A DNA stretch of 64,000 nt from a virus. Location: positions 3,738 through 67,737 of the IMG/VR virus record IMGVR_UViG_3300042503_001396; one strand, 5' to 3'. This document shows positions 57,772-64,000 of this stretch, one piece after another; position 1 is the first letter of the stretch; every line of letters starts with the position of its first letter. The position numbers and the translations under genes were made by a program. Under the pieces are notes generated by a model. That model was not told the DNA's origin. It saw only the letters and a list, made by a program, of their open reading frames with translations, and ran no database searches.

Positions 57772-58430
57772 TCTTTTTGATTATCAATAACGGTTTCCCA
57801 ATCCTTCTGAAAGAGTTCTAGACCCTTATCAGTCATAATGTTCTTATACATTGCCCAGAATACAACTGGAGGAATTGTAACTACATCAGCACCAGAAAGA
57901 GCAGATTGTTCTACCTGTCTTACATCACGAAGAGATGCGGCAAGAATTTGTGTTGATGTTCCCGAATAATCAAATGCCTTACGAATGTTCTTGATAAGTT
58001 CAATTCCATCAATTGAATTATCCATCCAACGACCAACGAAAGGTGAGATGAATGTTGCTCCTGCTTTAGATGCAAGAATTGCTTGTGCTACTGAGAACAC
58101 TAGGGTTACATTGACTTGAATTCCTTTATCAGAAAGAAACTTGCAAACCTTAAGTCCTTCTACGGTACAAGGAACTTTAATTGTAACTGCTGGTGCAATT
58201 GTATAAAATTTTTGTGCTTGTGAAAGCATTTCTTCGGCAGTATCTGCAACAACCTCTGCTGAAATGCTTTCTAAATTTGTAAATGTTGTGGAAATTTCTT
58301 CAATAACTTCTTGGAGTTGTCTACCACTTTTAAGAATCAAAGTGGGATTTGTAGTAACTCCATCTAATAGTCCAGTCTCATATGCTGGACTAATCATTGA
58401 AACATCTGCTGTATCTAAAAAGATCTTCAT
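57768..58430 (-). CDS. talC: transaldolase (TalC/MipB type)
   Basis: FLDTAD, GVTTNP, IKVP, NVTLVFS, SPFVGR; ATG at 58430. Confidence 0.95.
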   Translation of the reverse strand: MKIFLDTADVSMISPAYETGLLDGVTTNPTLILKSGRQLQEVIEEISTTFTNLESISAEVVADTAEEMLSQAQKFYTIAPAVTIKVPCTVEGLKVCKFLSDKGIQVNVTLVFSVAQAILASKAGATFISPFVGRWMDNSIDGIELIKNIRKAFDYSGTSTQILAASLRDVRQVEQSALSGADVVTIPPVVFWAMYKNIMTDKGLELFQKDWETVIDNQKE

Positions 58431-58482
58431 AAAAAAGTAAGAACTCATTTGTAATTATAATGAGTTCTTACTAAGGTGTTAA
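58431..58482 (-). promoter_or_regulatory. talC promoter inside a 14-bp hairpin with U-tail
   Basis: TTAACA-N17-TATAAT; arms AGTAAGAACTCATT/AATGAGTTCTTACT. Confidence 0.65.
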
Positions 58483-58508
58483 ATTTTGTTATGAATTGAA
58501 AACATTAT

Positions 58509-59213
58509 TCAATATTTTTCAAGGGCATAGATTCCATTTTTTTCCACAATTGCAGAGCAAGTATCACACCAATCACCACAGCACATATACAAAAGTTTAT
58601 TAAAGTATCTAATGTTGCCGTGATGTATATGCCCACAGATTACACCATCATATTTCTTATCTCTTTGAATACAATATGATGCAATATCAGTCTCATATTG
58701 GTTAATATAATTTTTTCCTCTCACCGTATTCTTTAACGCATAGACTAAAGAAAATTTAAAGAACTTCTCTAACCAAAAACTGAGTGGTGTGATGAATTCA
58801 TACCCTTTATTAAAGATAAGTTGTTTCCAAGACCCAGAAGAATACTCCGAATACTTATCTCCATGAATACACAAAAACTTATTACCTTTTGAATCTTTAT
58901 GAGTATATTCGTCTACCATTCGGAAGTTCTTGTGTTCAAAATTAGTATAACGACGAATTTCTGCTTCGTGATTTCCAAGAATATAAATGACTTCTGTTCC
59001 TTTCTTTGCCAGGTTTAGAATCTGATGAACACATTTTGTATGTTCTTTTGTCCAACGAGTATTATATTTTTCCATACAGTGAATATCAATAATATCACCA
59101 ACCAATACTAACTTTTTGGTTTTTAAGTTTTTAAGAAAATTATAGAATTTTTCCGTATTACATCTAGGAGTCCCAAGGTGAACATCAGAAATAAAAACTG
59201 TATCGTAAGTCAT
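58509..59213 (-). CDS. metallophosphoesterase (LpxH-like)
   Basis: SDVHLG, GDIID, GNHE, HGD, GHIH, GDW. Confidence 0.85.
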   Translation of the reverse strand: MTYDTVFISDVHLGTPRCNTEKFYNFLKNLKTKKLVLVGDIIDIHCMEKYNTRWTKEHTKCVHQILNLAKKGTEVIYILGNHEAEIRRYTNFEHKNFRMVDEYTHKDSKGNKFLCIHGDKYSEYSSGSWKQLIFNKGYEFITPLSFWLEKFFKFSLVYALKNTVRGKNYINQYETDIASYCIQRDKKYDGVICGHIHHGNIRYFNKLLYMCCGDWCDTCSAIVEKNGIYALEKY

Positions 59214-59215
59214 AA

Positions 59216-59377
59216 TCAGAATCTTGATGGAGTGTATTCCATATCTTCAAGAATATTATCTAGTATCTCCCCATATTCTTTGAATCGTTTGTCTCCTGCA
59301 ATAAAACGACGCTGACGCATCCATACTGCATCAGCAAGAAGTTTGATTTGCTCTTCTGTAAGAGTTAAGGTTTTCAT
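59216..59377 (-). CDS. hypothetical protein
   Basis: ATG at 59377 (MKTLTLTEEQ). Confidence 0.65.
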   Translation of the reverse strand: MKTLTLTEEQIKLLADAVWMRQRRFIAGDKRFKEYGEILDNILEDMEYTPSRF

Positions 59378-59418
59378 AAGTAAGAAGTAACTGTTGTATG
59401 TATTAGAGATTTTTTTTC

Positions 59419-59538
59419 TCATTCATAAATCATCCCAACAGTCAGTAAGACAAAGCAAAGTACGGTGAATACCATCATACCTACACCTGCCCAGATTATC
59501 CAGTTAGGCATAGGTTCGTTTTGGGTATTATGACTCAT
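59419..59538 (-). CDS. single-helix membrane peptide (39 aa)
   Basis: MSHNTQNEPMPNWIIWAGVGMMVFTVLCFVLLTVGMIYE. Confidence 0.55.
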   Translation of the reverse strand: MSHNTQNEPMPNWIIWAGVGMMVFTVLCFVLLTVGMIYE

Positions 59539-59539
59539 A

Positions 59540-59689
59540 TTAAGGAATCCAAATTCCTTTGCCTTTCAACCACTTCATTGCACTTTCCAAATCACCATTT
59601 GTTTTTTGGAGTGCCACACAACAATCCATTCTTCCCACTCCAGTTTCCCACTGAAGTTTTTTTACTAGTTTATAAGTAATTGCAGTCAT
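59540..59689 (-). CDS. EF-Ts N-terminal (UBA-like) domain mini-protein (49 aa)
   Basis: MTAITYKLVKKLQWETGVGRMDCCVALQKTNGDLESAMKWLKGKGI aligns without gaps to the EF-Ts N-terminus; TTGACA-N17-TAAAAT upstream. Confidence 0.7.
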   Translation of the reverse strand: MTAITYKLVKKLQWETGVGRMDCCVALQKTNGDLESAMKWLKGKGIWIP

Positions 59690-59735
59690 AATTCTTTGCG
59701 GTTTATGAGTATTTTAGTGGGGTTGGGGTCTTATG

Positions 59736-60458
59736 TCAAGGTGTGTTGGATTTTGTTTTGCCAGTATTAACTTCCTTAGTTCTCTCTATAATTTTATCTC
59801 TACAAATACCTTCACCATAATTTGGATTATTTTCTCCAGACCAAGCACCCCTTTCTTTTGCTTTTTGAGATACTTTGTCCCTTACTTCTGGATTTTCCAT
59901 AGGATTTCCATAATCATTCCTATGCCTTATACCAACATTCATTTCATCTAAAGATTTTCTAATCCAAACCATTCCACATCCAAGAATTGATTTTATTTCT
60001 CTTAGTGTTTTACCCTCAGTATAAAGTAGAGCAATTTTTTCTGGTGGGTATTTTTTTCTCAACTCCTTTATTTTATTTTCATTCACTACTTGTAAATGAT
60101 TTTTCGCTTTCATTATTTTACTATGATTTGGTCTCTTCTTTCCTCTACGCATATCTCCCATTTTTTTCCTTTGTTCTTCCGTATAAACATATCCAGAGGG
60201 ACCATCTCCACCATCAGTTAAATTATACAGAATACCAGTTCCCAAATCTTTTCTACCAAAGACATTAATCATATAGATTTCGTGCTTAAATGCTTCTTCT
60301 TCTGTAAGATTTTTCTTTAAGATTAAAATTCTATTCCTTGATGGAACATAAGCACTATGTCTTTTTCTATCATATGCTCTTTTGCCTTTACCCTTACCAA
60401 TATAATAAGGAGTTCCATCCTCTCTCAAATAAGCATAAGTATAAAATACATTTTTCAT
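59736..60458 (-). CDS. free-standing GIY-YIG-like homing endonuclease (NUMOD3/HTH modules)
   Basis: YTYAYLREDG.PYYIGKG; paralogue of 42516; GENNPNYG module; TATAAATA late promoter. Confidence 0.85.
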   Translation of the reverse strand: MKNVFYTYAYLREDGTPYYIGKGKGKRAYDRKRHSAYVPSRNRILILKKNLTEEEAFKHEIYMINVFGRKDLGTGILYNLTDGGDGPSGYVYTEEQRKKMGDMRRGKKRPNHSKIMKAKNHLQVVNENKIKELRKKYPPEKIALLYTEGKTLREIKSILGCGMVWIRKSLDEMNVGIRHRNDYGNPMENPEVRDKVSQKAKERGAWSGENNPNYGEGICRDKIIERTKEVNTGKTKSNTP

Positions 60459-60496
60459 TACTTCTATCCCAAAGTTAGTTCTATACTTATTTATAC

Positions 60497-60521
60497 AAAA
60501 AAGGAACCCCGAAGAGTTCCC
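60497..60521 (-). terminator. psbA terminator
   Basis: GGAACTC-TTCG-GGGTTCC-T6. Confidence 0.85.
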
Positions 60522-60548
60522 TTATTATACCATTATTTTGATTTTATA

Positions 60549-61628
60549 TCAACCGATAGTTGGTGCAGTTAGAGCAACAGGAGTTGCTTCAACGGCTGCC
60601 AAATCCAAAGGAAAATTATGTGCGTTTCTTTCGTGAATTACTTCAAATCCCAAGTTTGCTTTTCCAAGAACATCTGCCCAGGTTGGAATTGGACGACTTT
60701 GTGTATCAAGAATGCTTTGTTGGAAATTAAATCCGTTCAGGTTGAACGCCATCGTAGAAACACCAAGAGCGGTGAACCAGATGCCTACAACTGGCCAGGC
60801 AGCAAGGAAGAAGTGCAGACTACGACTATTGTTGAAGGAAGCATATTGGAAAATAAGACGACCGAAATAACCGTGAGCAGCAACGATGTTATAAGTCTCT
60901 TCTTCTTGACCGAACTTATAACCGTAGTTCTGTGACTCATTCTCAGTGGTTTCACGAACCAGAGAGGAAGTAACCAGAGAACCGTGCATAGCACTGAACA
61001 GAGAACCACCGAACACACCAGCAACTCCAAGCATATGGAAGGGGTGCATCAGAATATTGTGCTCTGCCTGGAACACAAGCATGTAGTTAAAAGTACCAGA
61101 GATACCCAGAGGCATTGCATCAGAGAAAGAACCTTGACCGAAAGGATAGACCAGGAACACTGCACTCGCAGCAGCAACAGGTGCGCTATAAGCAACCATA
61201 ATCCAAGGACGCATACCTAGACGGTAAGATAGTTCCCATTCACGACCCATATAGCAGTAGATGCCGATGAGGAAGTGGAAGACAACAAGTTGGAAAGGTC
61301 CACCATTGTAAAGCCATTCATCAAGACTTGCTGCTTCCCAGATGGGATAGAAGTGAAGTCCGATTGCGTTAGAAGAAGGAATAACAGCACCAGAGATGAT
61401 GTTGTTTCCGTACATTAGAGAACCAGCAACTGGTTCACGAATGCCATCAATGTCCACAGGGGGAGCACCGATGAATGCGATGATGAAACAAGTAGTTGCT
61501 GCAAGAAGGCAAGGCACCATCAATACACCAAACCACCCCACATAGATGCGGTTGTCTGTTGAAGTAATCCAAGAACAGAATTGTTCCCAAGTATTTGATT
61601 GTCGTTGTTGTGAAAGTGTAGCAGTCAT
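60549..61628 (-). CDS. psbA: photosystem II D1 protein
   Basis: full-length D1; Y161, D170, E189, H190, H332, E333 and D342 present; no intron. Confidence 0.99.
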   Translation of the reverse strand: MTATLSQQRQSNTWEQFCSWITSTDNRIYVGWFGVLMVPCLLAATTCFIIAFIGAPPVDIDGIREPVAGSLMYGNNIISGAVIPSSNAIGLHFYPIWEAASLDEWLYNGGPFQLVVFHFLIGIYCYMGREWELSYRLGMRPWIMVAYSAPVAAASAVFLVYPFGQGSFSDAMPLGISGTFNYMLVFQAEHNILMHPFHMLGVAGVFGGSLFSAMHGSLVTSSLVRETTENESQNYGYKFGQEEETYNIVAAHGYFGRLIFQYASFNNSRSLHFFLAAWPVVGIWFTALGVSTMAFNLNGFNFQQSILDTQSRPIPTWADVLGKANLGFEVIHERNAHNFPLDLAAVEATPVALTAPTIG

Positions 61629-61639
61629 TTTTGTTAAGA

Positions 61640-61800
61640 GAGTTAGATAAAAGTTCGGGGGGACGAACCGTTAGTATTATTCCCCACAGCACCCTCCACT
61701 GTGGGTATGAGAGACATCTTTTACTTGCCTAGTCTCGGTGAGGAGTTTCGTCCCTTTTCGGCAAGAACTTGTGTTAAGAACCTGTTACATTTCTTAACCC
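61640..61800 (-). ncRNA. structured psbA leader (PhotoRC-II-like), copy 1
   Basis: CTTGCC/GGCAAG stem, GAGAC/GTCTC pseudoknot, CCCACAG...CTGTGGG hairpin. Confidence 0.65.
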
Positions 61801-61807
61801 GTTGTTG

Positions 61808-61841
61808 TATTTATCATAACACTTCTCCTTTGGGAAGTCAA
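61808..61841 (-). promoter_or_regulatory. psbA sigma70 promoter overlapping a late promoter
   Basis: TTGACT-N17-TATGAT merged with ATAAATA. Confidence 0.75.
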
Positions 61842-62323
61842 GTGGTATATTGATTAACTCCTCTTATGTTTCCACCTCTTTGCTCACACCCCTTTTTTGG
61901 TCCTGATTTGAGATGTAGTTCATAACCAAACTTTGAGCACTCACTAATTGCTCTTTTTACTTGGTGTTCTTTTAGACCAAGTAAATCAGCAACTTCTTTT
62001 CTTGATAATCCTGATTGACGATATTTAAGAATAGAAAGTTCTTGTTGTGTTGGTTCAGTTTTCTTTGGAGGTTTGCCTCTTTTTTCAGTTGAGTTTCCTT
62101 TGCTTTTCTTTGCCCAGTTGATTGCTTGTTTATCGTGAATGAGTTTATGAGTTGCTGGATGATAAACATAAAGATGCTCTGGAATGTTTCTACCACCTTC
62201 ACATCTTGGTGGATTATGATGAACATCAATACACTTCATCTGTTCATCAGTAAGTCCATAATGTTCTTGGGCAACCTTGCGATAGTTATACTTATCAGTA
62301 GAAAGAACAATAGCAGAGCACAT
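61838..62323 (-). CDS. HNH endonuclease with C-terminal HTH
   Basis: DVHH..P...GG.N...HL...H...H; LSRKEVADLLGL; likely ATG at 62323. Confidence 0.75.
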   Translation of the reverse strand: MCSAIVLSTDKYNYRKVAQEHYGLTDEQMKCIDVHHNPPRCEGGRNIPEHLYVYHPATHKLIHDKQAINWAKKSKGNSTEKRGKPPKKTEPTQQELSILKYRQSGLSRKEVADLLGLKEHQVKRAISECSKFGYELHLKSGPKKGCEQRGGNIRGVNQYTT

Positions 62324-62327
62324 AAAA

Positions 62328-62365
62328 AACTCCAAACCTACTATTATTTAGGTAGGTTTGGAGTT
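62328..62365 (-). promoter_or_regulatory. RBS-sequestering hairpin with a late promoter in the loop
   Basis: AACTCCAAACCTAC-CTAAATAATA-GTAGGTTTGGAGTT. Confidence 0.8.
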
Positions 62366-62397
62366 GTAATGAAGTTTATGTTAATATTTTGTAATAA

Positions 62398-62565
62398 TCA
62401 AAAATTTAACCCCTTAAATCCATCAATAATAGTTTTTAAATGTCCCTCGGCACTTTCTATATTAGAACCGGTTTTCTTTATTAATTCCATCAATTCATCA
62501 TAACTTCTTCCAGATATTTCTGGGTCAAGAGGAACAGATTTGATAAATTCTTCTCTAGTAATCAT
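62398..62565 (-). CDS. hypothetical protein (55 aa)
   Basis: manual translation MITREEFIKSVPLDPE... Confidence 0.5.
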   Translation of the reverse strand: MITREEFIKSVPLDPEISGRSYDELMELIKKTGSNIESAEGHLKTIIDGFKGLNF

Positions 62566-62592
62566 AAGTATTAAAAAATTATTTTAGTAAGA

Positions 62593-62862
62593 TTAATGTT
62601 TCATCCATTCACCATTTTCAACATCCCAATGCCTTCTATCATAAACTTGAAAATTAACAGTTGTGAAAAATAGTGAAATACTAGTCCAAAGTCCTGCGTG
62701 GTCTGTTTTGATAGTATATTTAAAATCAACTCCAAACAAAATATTATCTCTATTTACTTCAAATTCCCAGAACTTATGTTTAAGTGGAGTTTTGCCAGAA
62801 ATAAAATAAATGTTTTTAAAGTTGTCTATTGGCAGTTCAATTTTAAAATTTACTATAATCAT
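62593..62862 (-). CDS. hypothetical protein
   Basis: likely ATG at 62862; the upstream extension overlaps the RNA motif. Confidence 0.6.
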   Translation of the reverse strand: MIIVNFKIELPIDNFKNIYFISGKTPLKHKFWEFEVNRDNILFGVDFKYTIKTDHAGLWTSISLFFTTVNFQVYDRRHWDVENGEWMKH

Positions 62863-62889
62863 TATTTTTATAAATAAATGACGGTTATA

Positions 62890-63043
62890 ATATTCCCACA
62901 ACACCCTCCATTGTGGGTATGAGAGACGTTCTTATACACCCATAGGTCTCGGTTAACGGGTGTTTGACAATGTTAAGAATTATGAGGAATCCTTAACATT
63001 TGTTTACCTATTTATCATAGCACTGCTCGATTTCCCTGTCAAG
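62890..63043 (-). ncRNA. promoter plus PhotoRC-II-like leader, copy 2
   Basis: TTGACA-N17-TATGAT/ATAAATA; ACACCC/GGGTGT stem, GAGAC/GTCTC, CCCACAA...TTGTGGG. Confidence 0.65.
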
Positions 63044-63203
63044 CCCTGTACTCATCGATTTTATCCAAGACTTTATTGAGATACTGGTGAGCAAGATGCT
63101 TTGGATCATAACCAGATTTATCCATCCACTCTTTATCCAAGTCTCTTTTTATTTTAAGAACCTCACACTTTATAATTTCCTTACTCAAATATCCTTTGGA
63201 CAT
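63039..63203 (-). CDS. hypothetical protein (54 aa)
   Basis: manual translation MSKGYLSKEIIKCEVLK... Confidence 0.6.
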   Translation of the reverse strand: MSKGYLSKEIIKCEVLKIKRDLDKEWMDKSGYDPKHLAHQYLNKVLDKIDEYRA

Positions 63204-63261
63204 ACAAAAAAAAAAACTCTGCCCCTTATTTAGAGACAGAGTGAAAATATGTTAAGTGTTA

Positions 63262-63381
63262 TCAAAAAATTCCAGGAATTACTTGCCCAGTAACAAGATA
63301 TGAACCGACAGCAGCAACGAATCCAATCATTGCAGCCCAACCATTAATACGTTCCGCTTTTTCAGTAAAAAGATTTTTCAT
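63262..63381 (-). CDS. hli: high-light-inducible protein
   Basis: AERINGWAAMIGF...TGQVIPGIF. Confidence 0.9.
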   Translation of the reverse strand: MKNLFTEKAERINGWAAMIGFVAAVGSYLVTGQVIPGIF

Positions 63382-63542
63382 TTTGTTTCTCCTCTTTTAG
63401 TTGTGTTTTGAATAACAATAAATTTGTCTTTCTTTAAGGTTCCTGCGATGCAAACTTTAAGTTCATCATCATTAGACCAGGCACCTTCTTCTACAAGTTG
63501 TTGAAGGGCAAGACTAAGTTGCCCAAGCATTCCAGCACTCAT
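63378..63542 (-). CDS. hypothetical protein (54 aa)
   Basis: manual translation MSAGMLGQLSLALQ...; coupled on both sides. Confidence 0.6.
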   Translation of the reverse strand: MSAGMLGQLSLALQQLVEEGAWSNDDELKVCIAGTLKKDKFIVIQNTTKRGETK

Positions 63543-63628
63543 CAGTAAGTTTCTGCGACTTTCTCTACAGCATAACCCAGAAGTACGAAAAATGCAACTG
63601 CAGTGAGTGTGAAGATTACTTCAGTCAT
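63542..63628 (-). CDS. small membrane peptide (28 aa)
   Basis: MTEVIFTLTAVAFFVLLGYAVEKVAETY; TGATG coupling. Confidence 0.55.
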   Translation of the reverse strand: MTEVIFTLTAVAFFVLLGYAVEKVAETY

Positions 63629-63837
63629 CAGAATACACCGAAGAAGAAGTTACCAGTAGCAACATAAGACACAATACCAGCAATAAACCCTAGCATTGCC
63701 CAACGTCCGTTTGCAAGTTCTGCACGTTCGCTGTGTGTCATCATACCATATTTGATGGCATCTTCATCAGAGATGTACATCTTGGGTTCGCGAGCAAACA
63801 TATTCATTTGCCCACGCTCATTGGTCGTTACAGTCAT
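63628..63837 (-). CDS. hli: high-light-inducible protein
   Basis: AELANGRWAMLGF. Confidence 0.92.
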   Translation of the reverse strand: MTVTTNERGQMNMFAREPKMYISDEDAIKYGMMTHSERAELANGRWAMLGFIAGIVSYVATGNFFFGVF

Positions 63838-63862
63838 TATCTTTTGTAAAGATTTACAACAG

Positions 63863-63899
63863 AATTATATAGCAAAAAGAAAGGGGTGTCAAGCACCCC
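63863..63899 (-). promoter_or_regulatory. terminator hairpin overlapping the hli promoter
   Basis: GGGGTG-CTTGA-CACCCC-TTTCTTTTT; TTGACA-N17-TATAAT. Confidence 0.75.
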
Positions 63900-64000
63900 C
63901 CCTCCTCATTCATTTACCCTCAAATCCTGGCGGTAGTGTCCCAAAGTACGGATCATAATCAAAGATTGAATTCCAATCTTGAATATTTGGAGAATCGTTT

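Noticed and set aside
60549-61628. Group I intron in psbA, or a non-oxygen-evolving rogue D1
   Set aside because: The ORF is continuous at 359 aa and the Mn ligands and YZ are retained
62398-62565. Nif11-like leader peptide
   Set aside because: The resemblance is weak; there is no ELE.V.GG motif and no modifying enzymes nearby
1-64000. Stop-codon reassignment
   Set aside because: Conserved genes translate full length in the standard code, all three stops are used, and no suppressor tRNA is present

Overview
AT-rich segment of a T4-like cyanomyovirus genome, probably from freshwater, with most genes on the minus strand. From left to right it holds: an early-gene region of small ORFs separated by a repeated ~70-bp promoter/stem-loop element; an SF2 helicase; large tail-fibre genes; a 3-tRNA cluster with an HNH nuclease; fibre cassette 1 ending in a 2OG-Fe(II) oxygenase; baseplate genes (gp5, hub, lysozyme/M23, gp26/gp51-like, gp54, gp4, gp2, gp48, gp53); replication and late genes (gp32, gp59, gp33, exonuclease, phoH, thyX, glutaredoxin); a paralogous fibre cassette 2 ending in two 2OG oxygenases; a talC-zwf-gnd operon; psbA flanked by two free-standing nucleases; and hli genes. 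Main hunt results: (1) a two-late-promoter cassette predicted to make a small RNA antisense to the leader of two unrelated homing-endonuclease genes; (2) a probable -1 frameshift joining gp26 to a start-less gp51-like ORF; (3) an endonuclease leader that mimics the psbA target site while the resident psbA 3' end is recoded; (4) a stand-alone EF-Ts N-terminal mini-protein; (5) fibre cassettes paired with 2OG hydroxylases; (6) tRNAs with atypical variable arms. All calls were made by eye, with no database searches.
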